A DNA stretch of 32,000 bases from Wigglesworthia glossinidia endosymbiont of Glossina brevipalpis. GTDB lineage: Bacteria; Pseudomonadota; Gammaproteobacteria; Enterobacterales; Enterobacteriaceae. A program made the translations under genes and the position numbers. Each line of letters opens with the position of its first letter. Within the stretch, counting starts at the first letter, position 1. The stretch lies in NCBI GenBank assembly GCA_000008885.1, contig BA000021.3:60001-92000 (forward strand). Direction: 5' to 3'. Of the stretch, positions 20,078 through 29,115 are shown one piece after another. The notes under the pieces were generated by a model. It saw only the letters and a list, made by a program, of their open reading frames with translations, ran no database searches and was not told the origin of the DNA.

Positions 20078-21145
20078 TTATTTGCAATAAGCTTTTTGTA
20101 AATTATATACCTTAAATAAATATCTTCGAGATTCTATAGATGGATGTTTTTTATATATTAATCTATAAACTTCTTCCGGAGATAAATTATTTATAATATG
20201 AAAAGCTTTTATTTGATTACTTGAAAAAGTAGTTAACATTGCAGATACACCTCCATGGTAAGAGGCTATCATCGCATATCTTTTTGAGATAGGATTCAAA
20301 ATAGAGCTTAAGTAATTATCTCTAAGTAAAGATAAATATGCAGTTCCAATATCTATGTTTTTTTCTGGGTTTAATAAAGCATTTTTACTAGGATATCCAA
20401 GTTTTCCTCTCATTTTAAAAACATCTTTTCCTGCGGTATGTTGCACTATTTGCATTAATCCTAAAGCGTTAGAATTACTTATAGCATGCGGATTAAAATT
20501 AGATTCTGCTTCTATTATAGCTAAAATTAAAGATTTATCTACATTATATCTTTTTGAAGATTTATAAATAAAATTTAAATATTTATTTGCTCTTTTGTCT
20601 GAACGATTAAATTTCAATGGTATTGAAACAGACCAAATTTGTTTTTTATTATTTTTATATGTTTTTAGATTTGTTTTCAATAGATAATTTGCAAACTTAT
20701 TTGCACGCCATTTATGTCTAATATAGACTCCATAATTATCTACTACTTGTCCATACAATAAAGGTTCTTTTCTTTGTAAAATATTATATTTATTGTTCTG
20801 ATCGAAATCAGAAAAATCATTATTTAATAACAAAGCAATTATAATTGCTTGACGTAAGTAATTTTTTGGATCTTTTTTGAAATCAGTTTCAATAACTATT
20901 TTTTTAAAAGTAAAATCAATATTAATTAATGTAATATTTTTATTATTATAATTATAAACTTTAGAGTGTTCAATCATAAATATTTTATTATCATTCCAAG
21001 TGTTTTCAGAATCTGAAATAATATTTTTCACAATTATGTTTAAGCTATTTTTATTTATTAGTTTATTTTGATTTATATTATTATGACTATTAGAACATGA
21101 TGTTTGTAAAAAAATAACAATAAATAAAAAAGATATTTTTTTCAT
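20078..21145 (-). CDS. mltC: Membrane-bound lytic murein transglycosylase C
   Basis: 355 aa; lipobox-like LQTSC, ALILAIIEAESNFNPHAISNSNALGLMQIVQHTAGKDVF, SPEEVYRLIYKKHPSIESRRYLFKV; next to yggX as in enterics. Confidence 0.95.
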   Translation of the reverse strand: MKKISFLFIVIFLQTSCSNSHNNINQNKLINKNSLNIIVKNIISDSENTWNDNKIFMIEHSKVYNYNNKNITLINIDFTFKKIVIETDFKKDPKNYLRQAIIIALLLNNDFSDFDQNNKYNILQRKEPLLYGQVVDNYGVYIRHKWRANKFANYLLKTNLKTYKNNKKQIWSVSIPLKFNRSDKRANKYLNFIYKSSKRYNVDKSLILAIIEAESNFNPHAISNSNALGLMQIVQHTAGKDVFKMRGKLGYPSKNALLNPEKNIDIGTAYLSLLRDNYLSSILNPISKRYAMIASYHGGVSAMLTTFSSNQIKAFHIINNLSPEEVYRLIYKKHPSIESRRYLFKVYNLQKAYCK

Positions 21146-21229
21146 AAAAACTTTAAATAAAATAAAATATTTATATTTTAAAATGTGAAATATGATATAT
21201 TATTATAATAAATTAAATAATTGCTATTT

Positions 21230-21466
21230 TTATTTATTTTTAAATAAAAAATTAATCATTTCAATTTCTATTGTTTTTCTATCTTTTTTATTTAACATAT
21301 TTAATTGTTTTTCGTTAATTAATATTGTTTGATGGTTTTTCCAAATTTCCCAAGCTTTTTTAGAAATATTTTTATAAATTTTTTTACCTATACTTCCTGG
21401 ATATGGAGGAAAATCTAATCTTTCATGAAAATTTTTCATAAAATGACAAAAAATATTTCTTTTCAT
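21230..21466 (-). CDS. yggX: Probable Fe(2+)-trafficking protein YggX (short C-terminus)
   Basis: 78 aa; IFCHFMKNFHERLDFPPYPGSIGKKIYKNISKKAWEIWKNHQTILINEKQLNMLN. Confidence 0.93.
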   Translation of the reverse strand: MKRNIFCHFMKNFHERLDFPPYPGSIGKKIYKNISKKAWEIWKNHQTILINEKQLNMLNKKDRKTIEIEMINFLFKNK

Positions 21467-22130
21467 AATTTACCTTTAATGTAAAAATTTAATTATTTAT
21501 AAATATAAATTCATTTAATTTTTTAAAATCTTTTGTAAAAATAAAAATATTATATAAAATAATATTTTTACAAATTATCTTTGATTAAATTTTATTTTTA
21601 AATTTATTAAAAATGTTTATATTTTTAAATATGATTCAAAAAATCATATTATTTGTAATTTTTTTAATTAAAGATAATTTTAACATTAAAAATTAATAAT
21701 ATAAATTTTATATATTAAGATAATAATATAAATTTAATATTTATTAAATATAAAAATAAATTAAAAAATAAAATTTTTATAAAATTTAATTTATTTTTTA
21801 TTTTTATATTTAATTTAAAAAAATTTTTATAATTTATAAAATTATAAATATTCATTTAATAAATAATTTAATATTTAATGCATAAATATAAATATAATTT
21901 ATATTTTAAAATTTTTATATTTTATATTATTTATTTTTAATATATTTTTATATATCAACAAATATTATATTTAATAAATAATTTTATATTAAAAAATAAA
22001 TTTTATTTTATTATCATTTATTGATAATAATATTTATTGTTTTAAAATATAAATATAAGATTAGAATTACTTATAATTTGACTTGTTAAAATTAAATTGC
22101 TCATAATTTGATTTTTAAAAAAATTTTTAA
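21467..22130. other. Long gene-free, extremely AT-rich intergenic tract between yggX and the hemW-like gene
   Basis: No supported ORF; e.g. 21721-21840 contains no G or C at all. Ancestral enteric neighbours (yggL, trmB, mutY etc.) are missing here. Confidence 0.85.
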
Positions 22131-23269
22131 TTAATTTATACATATAAAAAATAAAACATTCATAAATATTTCTATTAAATCATCAAAATAAAATCTTCCG
22201 TTTTTTGTAACTTTCCAATACTTTTTATTTTCTTTAATGTATTTTTTTTTTATAGCTAAATTTATATATGGTTTTATGTTTTTTAAATTTACTTTTGTTT
22301 TTTCTTTAAACAAAGTTTTAGAAATAGGTTGATTTAGTCTAAAATAATGCATAAAAAAATCTAAAATTAAATCTTGTTTGTTGTAAATATAATATTTTTT
22401 AATATAATTGTTTTTTAAATAATCATTTAAATGATAATATTTTTCTGTTCTTATTACTTTTTTTTTAAAGTAAATTTTCCATGCGATCCACATCCAATTC
22501 CAAAATAATCACCAAATTGAAAATAATTTAAATTATGCAAACATTCAAATCCAGGAAGTGCATATGAGCATATTTCGTACTGATGAAAACCAAAAAATTT
22601 AAATAAGTTTTGAATTTCATTATAAATTTTTTTTATTTTTGTTTTTTTTTCAACCATTTTTTTATTTTTAAATATAAAATTACAGTTATGTTGGTAACAA
22701 GTTTGATGAGGGACTTTTAATAAAAAAATTTTTTCAATGTTATGTAATATTTCATCATTTGTTTGATATTCATAGAAAAAGGGTAAATCTACATTTATAT
22801 TTTTTATATTGACTCTTAAACATATTGAAACTATTTTAGATATTTCATTTATATAGTTATTTATGCTTTTACTTATTGAAGTTTTTTTACAAAAAATATT
22901 TTTTTCAATAGAAATTCTATTTATACCGATTTTTTTATATAAAAAAATTTTTTTTTCTAAATCTAATTTAGTATTAATTTCTATTGTAAATTCCATATTT
23001 TCTTTAAAATTTAACTTGTTTTTTATTCCAAAAAACAATGTTTTTATATTATTTTCACTTATAACATTGACATTTCCTCCTATAAATAAAGTATTAATTT
23101 TTTTATTTTTAGAAAAATTTTTATCTATTTCTAAATCATTCAACGTATTTTTTATATAAAATGATACTAATTTTTCAAATTCGCAAGGAAGCATGTTTTT
23201 AAAAAATTTTTTTTGAAATATCCATGGAATATTAATATATAAACTAGTTCTAGAATTAATACTTTTCAT
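22131..23269 (-). pseudogene. hemW: HemW-like (radical-SAM family-derived) gene in two overlapping frames: 22454..23269 (N-terminal 271 aa) and 22131..22493 (C-terminal part); radical-SAM cysteines absent
   Basis: N-part TSLYINIPWIFQKKFFKNM ... YEICSYALPGFECLHNLNYFQFGDYFGIGCGSHGKFTLKKK*; C-part VIRTEKYYHLNDYL ... FFMHYFRLNQPIS ... WKVTKNGRFYFDDLIEIFMN aligns directly with the HemW C-terminus in the other frame. Located next to rdgB as in enterics. Functional status unknown. Confidence 0.8.
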
Positions 23270-23855
23270 TTTTCAAAAATTTTATCATTTTTTTCATAGC
23301 TATTCCTCTATGTGATATTTTTATTTTTTCTTCCAAAGTTAATTCAGAGATAGTTTTTTTCTTTTTTGGTAAAAAAAATATCGAATCATATCCAAATCCA
23401 AAATTTATTTTAGAAATTGAATTAGAAATTTTCCCATAAATCGTTCCACTTGAAATTATTGGAATTGGATCATTTGGATTTCTTATATAAATTAATACAC
23501 AATGCATGCAAGCTTGTCTATCCATTTTTTTAAATGGAAGCATTTTTTTTAAAACCATATTTATATTTTTTATGTCATTAGATTGATTTCCTGAAAATCT
23601 TGATGAATACACTCCTGGTTCTCCATTTAATGTTTTTATAATTAATCCAGAATCATCAGACAAAGCTGGAAATCCATATTTAGAAGCATTTCTTGCTTTT
23701 ATTAATGCATTTTCTAAAAAAGTTGATTTATTTTCTTCAATGCTGCATATACCAAGATCTTTTTGAGAAATTGTATTGATATTTAATTCAGATAAGATTT
23801 TTTTAAATTCAATAATTTTATTTTTATTTGAAGTAGCTAAAATAATTTTTTTCAT
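23256..23855 (-). CDS. rdgB: dITP/XTP pyrophosphatase RdgB
   Basis: 199 aa; ILATSNKNKIIEFKKIL, FLENALIKARNASKYGFPALSDDSGL, GVYSSRFSG, GFGYDSIFFLP, ISHRGIAMKKM. Confidence 0.96.
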   Translation of the reverse strand: MKKIILATSNKNKIIEFKKILSELNINTISQKDLGICSIEENKSTFLENALIKARNASKYGFPALSDDSGLIIKTLNGEPGVYSSRFSGNQSNDIKNINMVLKKMLPFKKMDRQACMHCVLIYIRNPNDPIPIISSGTIYGKISNSISKINFGFGYDSIFFLPKKKKTISELTLEEKIKISHRGIAMKKMIKFLKNEKY

Positions 23856-23946
23856 ATATATTTAAATGATAACAAACTTATTAAATATAAATTTTATATT
23901 ACATAAAAATTTTATTAATTTTAAAATAAATATAAAATATATTTAA

Positions 23947-24783
23947 TTAAACTTTATCTACATCTATAGATATTTCTTTTGCTCTAGATACAGCTGCTTT
24001 CATAGATATTTCTACAATTTTTCTAAAATTATTTTTTTTAAATGAATTTAATGCCGCTTCAGTTGTTCCTTTCTTTGAAGTTATATGTTTTTTTAAAGTA
24101 TTAAAAGATATTTCAGAAAAATGTTCAGCAAGAACTATTGCACCTTTTGCAGTTTGTAAAATTACCTCTCTAGAGTAAGATTTATTTATACCTATATTTT
24201 CTGCTGTATTCTTCATTGCGTCCATCATAAGAAAAAAATATGCAGTAGCGCTTGAAGATGCAGATATGATATAATTTATTTCTTTTTCTTGAGATAACCA
24301 AAATATTTTTCCTATTCTATTAAATATCTGTTCTATTGTTTTTTCATGTATTGTTCTAATATCTTTTTTTGCATATAATCCTATAACTCCTTCTCTTACA
24401 AGAACTGGTGTATTTGGCATTGCCCTTGCGATTAGCGCTTTTTTGTTGTTTAAATATTTTTTAATACTGTTAATATTTATTCCTGCTGCAACGGATATAA
24501 TTAATTTATTTTCTATATTTGTTAAATTTTTTATTTCTTCACAAACTATAGGTATTATATTAGGTTTTACAGCTAAAACTATAATTTCCCCTATGTTTGA
24601 TCCAATTAAATTTTCTTTAAAATTTTTTACTAAGTATCTTTCTGATATAGCAGATCTGCTTTTTTCATCTGGGGAACACACAAAAATACAGTCAGATGGA
24701 TATTTGCTATTTATTAATCCTATTATCATAGATTCTGCTATTTTTCCTGAACCAATAAAAGTTATTTTTTTAAAAATTTTCAT
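23947..24783 (-). CDS. proC: Pyrroline-5-carboxylate reductase
   Basis: ITFIGSGKIAESMIIGLI, KPNIIPIV, LIARAMPNTPVLVREGVIGLYA, SSSATAYFFLMMDAM; start placed at the ATG at 24783 (AAGGAAATATAATG) rather than the longer track ORF at 24822. Confidence 0.94.
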   Translation of the reverse strand: MKIFKKITFIGSGKIAESMIIGLINSKYPSDCIFVCSPDEKSRSAISERYLVKNFKENLIGSNIGEIIVLAVKPNIIPIVCEEIKNLTNIENKLIISVAAGININSIKKYLNNKKALIARAMPNTPVLVREGVIGLYAKKDIRTIHEKTIEQIFNRIGKIFWLSQEKEINYIISASSSATAYFFLMMDAMKNTAENIGINKSYSREVILQTAKGAIVLAEHFSEISFNTLKKHITSKKGTTEAALNSFKKNNFRKIVEISMKAAVSRAKEISIDVDKV

Positions 24784-24805
24784 TATATTTTCCTTTTTTG
24801 AAAAA

Positions 24806-25507
24806 TTATTTTTTATTTTCAAAAATTCCTTTTCCTATTCTTAATAAAGTACTTCCTATTTTAATTGCATGATCTATATCACTAGTTGTTCCAAAAGATA
24901 ATACGTTAAAGTTAGAATTCTTATTTTTTAATGTATTAAATTTATCAATTATGATGTTAAAATTATATATTTTTTTGTTTAAATCATCAGTTATGATCGG
25001 AAATATCATAATCCCCTTTAGCATAAGATTATTGCATTTTTGAAAAATAAATTCGTATATATTGTCAAATTCTTTCAAAGAAGATCCGTATCTATTTTTT
25101 TCTTCGTTTATATTAATTTGAATTAATACTTTTAAAGGTTTTTTTTTTATTTTACGATAATTATTTAATTTTTTAGAAATTTTAATATTATTTATAGTAT
25201 GACACCAATCAAAATATTTTGCTATTAATTTAGATTTATTAGATTGTATTTGTCCTATCATATGCCAAATTAAATTATTTTTTGGATGGTTTTTTTTAAA
25301 CCAAACTATTTTTTTTATTGCTTCTTGAACGTAATTTTCTCCAAAATTATTTTGATTGTATTCATTTGCAAATTTTATTTCATACACAGATCTAGATTTA
25401 CTTGCTAACAATAAATTTATATTTTTTGGATTTCTATTATAATATTTAGACAAATTATATATTTTATTTTGTATTTTTTCTAAATTTTTTTTAATCAAAA
25501 GTTTCAT
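24806..25507 (-). CDS. yggS: PLP homeostasis protein YggS/PLPBP
   Basis: 233 aa; LLLASKSRS, NFGENYVQEAIKKI, WHMIGQIQSNKSKLIAKYFDWCHTINN, VLIQININEEKNRYG, GSTLLRIGKGIF. Confidence 0.93.
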   Translation of the reverse strand: MKLLIKKNLEKIQNKIYNLSKYYNRNPKNINLLLASKSRSVYEIKFANEYNQNNFGENYVQEAIKKIVWFKKNHPKNNLIWHMIGQIQSNKSKLIAKYFDWCHTINNIKISKKLNNYRKIKKKPLKVLIQININEEKNRYGSSLKEFDNIYEFIFQKCNNLMLKGIMIFPIITDDLNKKIYNFNIIIDKFNTLKNKNSNFNVLSFGTTSDIDHAIKIGSTLLRIGKGIFENKK

Positions 25508-25826
25508 AATTTGTAAAAATTTTTATATTTAATAAATAAATTTAACATATATGTTATAATAAAAATATTTTATTTTGATTTTTTATTTAATGAACTTTAA
25601 AGTTTTATATTATATTTGTATAAATTTTTATACTTAAATAGCATTTAATAATAAAAATTTTTTTATTTAATAATAAAAATTAATTATTTATTGTTTTTTA
25701 ATAATTAAAAACATATTTAATATTTTATTTTTACATTTATTTTAAATAAATACAATATTATATTGTTGTATTATTTATAATAAAATTTTTAAAAATATTA
25801 ATATAGATTTTTATATCAGGAATTAT

Positions 25827-27737
25827 ATGCCAATTATAAATTTTAATAACAAAGAAATTTTGTTTAATTATCCAATTTCAATAATAGAAATTATAAAAAA
25901 ATTTGATAAAAATTTATCTGAAAATTGTATAGCCGCAAAAATTAATGGAAAATTATTAGATGTATCAGAAATAATAAATTATGATGGATCTCTAGAACTA
26001 GTAAAACCTGAAAATAAAATTGGAATAAGAATAATTAGATGTTCTTGTTCTCATTTATTAGGATACGCCATAAAACAGTTATGGCCAACTTCTAAAATGG
26101 CTACAAATAATATAACAGAAAATGGATTTTATTATGATATAGACTTAAATCATAAATTATCAAAAAATGATTTAAAATTAATAGAAAAAAAAATGCATCA
26201 ATTATTAAAAATAAACTTCAAAATAAATAAAATTAATGTAACTTGGGGTAAAGCATATGAAATGTTTAAAAATTTAAACGAAATTTATAAAATAAAAATT
26301 TTAGAAGACAATATTTCTAAAAATTCAAGTTTATATATTTATCATCAAGAACAATATGTTGATTTATGTACTTTGCCTCATGTGCCAAATATAAAATTTT
26401 GCATGTTTTTTAAAATACAAAAAATTTCAGGAGCATACTGGAAGGGAAATAAAAAAAATAAAATGCTTCAAAGAATATATGTAACATCATGGGATTCTAA
26501 TAGTAAATTAAAAAATTTTATTAAAAATATAAAAGAATTAGAACATAGAGATCATAGAAAAATAGGTAAAAAACTGGATTTATTTCATATATACGAAAAT
26601 TCTCCAGGAATGGTTTTTTGGCATCATAATGGATGGATAATATTTAGAATTTTAGAAAAATTTATAAGAAAAAAATTGAAAAAGTTTTATTATCAAGAAG
26701 TTAAAACTCCATGCATAATAGATCATGATTTATGGAGATTAAGTGGGCATTTAGATAATTACAAAAATTATATGTTTCATACTAATTCAGAAAATAAACA
26801 ATATTGTATTAAACCTATGAATTGTCCTGCTCATGTTTTAATTTTTAAAAAAAAAATAAGATCTTACAAAGAATTACCTTTCAGAATATCTGAATTCGGA
26901 AGTTGCCATAGAAATGAACCGTCTGGATCATTACATGGATTAATGAGAATTAGGAATTTTACTCAAGATGACGCTCACATATTTTGCATGCATGATCAAA
27001 TACTTTCAGAAGTAAGTAGCTGTATCAAAATGATATACGAAGTATATTCATGTTTTGGTTTTAAAAAAATATTAGTTAAATTATCAACTAGACCAGAAAA
27101 TAGAATAGGAAGCGATGAAATATGGGATTTTGCAGAAAAACAATTAGAGCTTTCTTTAAAAAAGAACAAAATTTTATTCAAAATTGATTTAAATGAAGGG
27201 GCATTTTATGGCCCAAAAATTGAATTTACTTTATTAGATTCTTTAAATAGAAAATGGCAGTGTGGAACTATACAGCTTGATTTATGTCTTGCAAATAAAT
27301 TGCAAGCTTATTATATTAATAATAAAAATGAAAAAACAAACCCAGTAATAATACATAGAGCGATTTTAGGATCAATGGAAAGATTTATAGGTATTATTAC
27401 AGAAGAATTTTCAGGAAAATATCCTTTATGGATTTCTCCAATCCAAGTTGGAGTAATAAATGTTTCAGTTGATCAAATAGATTACGTTAAAAAAATAACT
27501 AAATTTTTTTTACAGAAAAAAATTCGTATAATTTCAGATTTAAGAAATGAAAAAATAAGTTTTAAAATAAGAGAATATACTTTACGTTTTATCCCATATA
27601 TAATAATCTGTGGAAAAAAAGAAATGGAATCTAATTCGATATCAGTAAGAAATAAATACGGAAAACAATTAAAATACTCTAGCTTAGAAAAATTCTATAA
27701 TGTTATATACGAAGAAATTAAACAAAAAAAAACTTAA
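25827..27737 (+). CDS. thrS: Threonyl-tRNA synthetase
   Basis: 636 aa; TGS domain, [74 protein letters not shown]. Confidence 0.99.
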
Positions 27738-27740
27738 TAC

Positions 27741-27756
27741 AAAGGAGATAAATATT
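27741..27756 (+). promoter_or_regulatory. infC ribosome binding site (AAAGGAG) and non-canonical ATT start codon (27754-27756)
   Basis: ATT AAA ACT GGA AAA AAA aligns with the E. coli IF3 N-terminus (M-K-G-G-K-R); AUU start is the classical IF3 autoregulation signal. Confidence 0.88.
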
Positions 27757-28290
27757 AAAACTGGAAAAAAATTTTATTCTATAAGATTGCATAAAATTAA
27801 TGAAGAAATCAAAGCTAAAACAGTTAGATTAACTGGAATTAATGGAGTTCAACTTGGAATTGTTCCTATAAAAGAAGCTATTTTTAAATCTTTAGAATTA
27901 GAAATGGATTTAGTAGAAATTAGTCCAAATTCAAACCCTCCAGTATGTAAGATAATGAATTATGGAAAGTTTTTGTACGAAAAAAATAAATCCAATAAAG
28001 AACAAAAAAGAAAACAAAAGATCATAAATACAAAAGAAATAAAATTTAGACCAAATACAGATACTGGAGATTATAAAGTAAAACTGAGAAATTTAACTAG
28101 GTTTTTAGAAAATGGTAAAAAAGTAAAAATTAGTCTTAGATTTCGTGGTAGAGAAATGGTGCATAAAAAAATAGGAATAAATATGTTAAATAGAATCTGT
28201 TCAGATCTAAAAGAAATTTCTTCCATTGAATCGTTTCCTAATAAAATCGAAGGTAGACAAATGACTCTAATTCTTGTTCCAAAAAAATAA
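27754..28290 (+). CDS. infC: Translation initiation factor IF-3 (AUU start)
   Basis: [83 protein letters not shown]. The track ORF start at 27700 lies inside thrS and is spurious. Confidence 0.97.
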   Translation: MKTGKKFYSIRLHKINEEIKAKTVRLTGINGVQLGIVPIKEAIFKSLELEMDLVEISPNSNPPVCKIMNYGKFLYEKNKSNKEQKRKQKIINTKEIKFRPNTDTGDYKVKLRNLTRFLENGKKVKISLRFRGREMVHKKIGINMLNRICSDLKEISSIESFPNKIEGRQMTLILVPKK

Positions 28291-28379
28291 TAAAAATATT
28301 AATAAATGTAAATTTTATTTAATATTAAAATTTAATTTATATTTTTATTGTTTAATATTTTATCGGAAGAGGTATTTCT

Positions 28380-28580
28380 GTGTTAAAAATAAAGAATATT
28401 CGTAGCGTGTGCAAAAGATTTAAAAAAACGGCTTCATGTAATAAATTTAAATATAAAAAATCAAATCTGAGGCATATTTTAACAAAAAAATCTACTAAAC
28501 GTAAAAGAAAATTAAGAATAAAATCTTTTGCAACAAAAGGTGATAAAAAACTAATATTAAGATGTTTACCATACAAATAA
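28380..28580 (+). CDS. rpmI: 50S ribosomal protein L35 (GTG start)
   Basis: 66 aa; [16 protein letters not shown]..., [22 protein letters not shown]; codon at 28380-28382 is GTG. Confidence 0.95.
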   Translation: MLKIKNIRSVCKRFKKTASCNKFKYKKSNLRHILTKKSTKRKRKLRIKSFATKGDKKLILRCLPYK

Positions 28581-28624
28581 ATTAAATTTTTTTAATTTTA
28601 TTATTTATAATTTTTGGAGGTAAT

Positions 28625-28978
28625 ATGACTCGTATAAAACGAGGCGTATCGTCAAAATTTCGTCATAAAAAAATATTGAAAAAAACAAAAGGATATTATG
28701 GAGCCAGATCCAGATCATACAGAATAGCTTTTCAAGCTTTTATAAAAGCAGGTCAATATGCTTATAGAGATAGAAAAAATAAAAAAAGAACATTTAGAAA
28801 AATTTGGATATGCAGAATTAATTCTGCGGTTAGAAAGCATGGTTTATCTTATAGCTGTTTTATGTATAAAATAAAAAAATTATCTATTTTTATAGATAGA
28901 AAAATTTTGTCAGATTTGGCTGTTCTAAACAAAGAAGCATTTTCAGAATTAATAAAAAAAGTGAAAAGTATATCTTGA
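28625..28978 (+). CDS. rplT: 50S ribosomal protein L20
   Basis: 117 aa; [55 protein letters not shown]. Confidence 0.98.
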   Translation: MTRIKRGVSSKFRHKKILKKTKGYYGARSRSYRIAFQAFIKAGQYAYRDRKNKKRTFRKIWICRINSAVRKHGLSYSCFMYKIKKLSIFIDRKILSDLAVLNKEAFSELIKKVKSIS

Positions 28979-29027
28979 TTAAATATTTTATTTTAAACAC
29001 TTGTTGCAAATTATATTTATATTAATT

Positions 29028-29057
29028 GCCTCTTTTTATAGAGGCTTTTATTTTTTT
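29028..29057 (+). terminator. Intrinsic terminator / putative attenuator between rplT and pheS
   Basis: GCCTC (29028-29032) - 8 nt loop - GAGGC (29041-29045) followed by TTTTATTTTTTT; site corresponds to the phe-operon attenuator in enterics. Confidence 0.8.
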
Positions 29058-29115
29058 AAGTATTTTTATAAATTATAAAAATTTTATGATAATTATTTTA
29101 AATAAGGAATAAATA

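Noticed and set aside
20053-20085. GCAAATA...TATTTGC inverted repeat between erpA and mltC
   Set aside because: Long 19 nt AT loop, weak stem and overlap with the mltC stop region; not convincing as a terminator.
18463-24844. Small plus-strand ORFs 18463..18645, 20355..20567, 22863..23159, 24443..24844
   Set aside because: Antisense to hemL, mltC, the hemW-like gene and proC/yggS; no family motifs. The 133 aa ORF was considered but mirrors the conserved proC frame.
25508-25826. Possible ThrRS autoregulatory operator / hairpins upstream of thrS (e.g. CAATATTATATTG, AATACAA...TTGTATT)
   Set aside because: Pure A/T-dominated palindromes are expected by chance at this composition; no anticodon-like loop recognised.
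28976-29027. TTG-start 16-codon ORF ([16 protein letters not shown]) as pheM leader
   Set aside because: Only one Phe and a weak start codon; resemblance to an attenuator peptide is not enough to call it.
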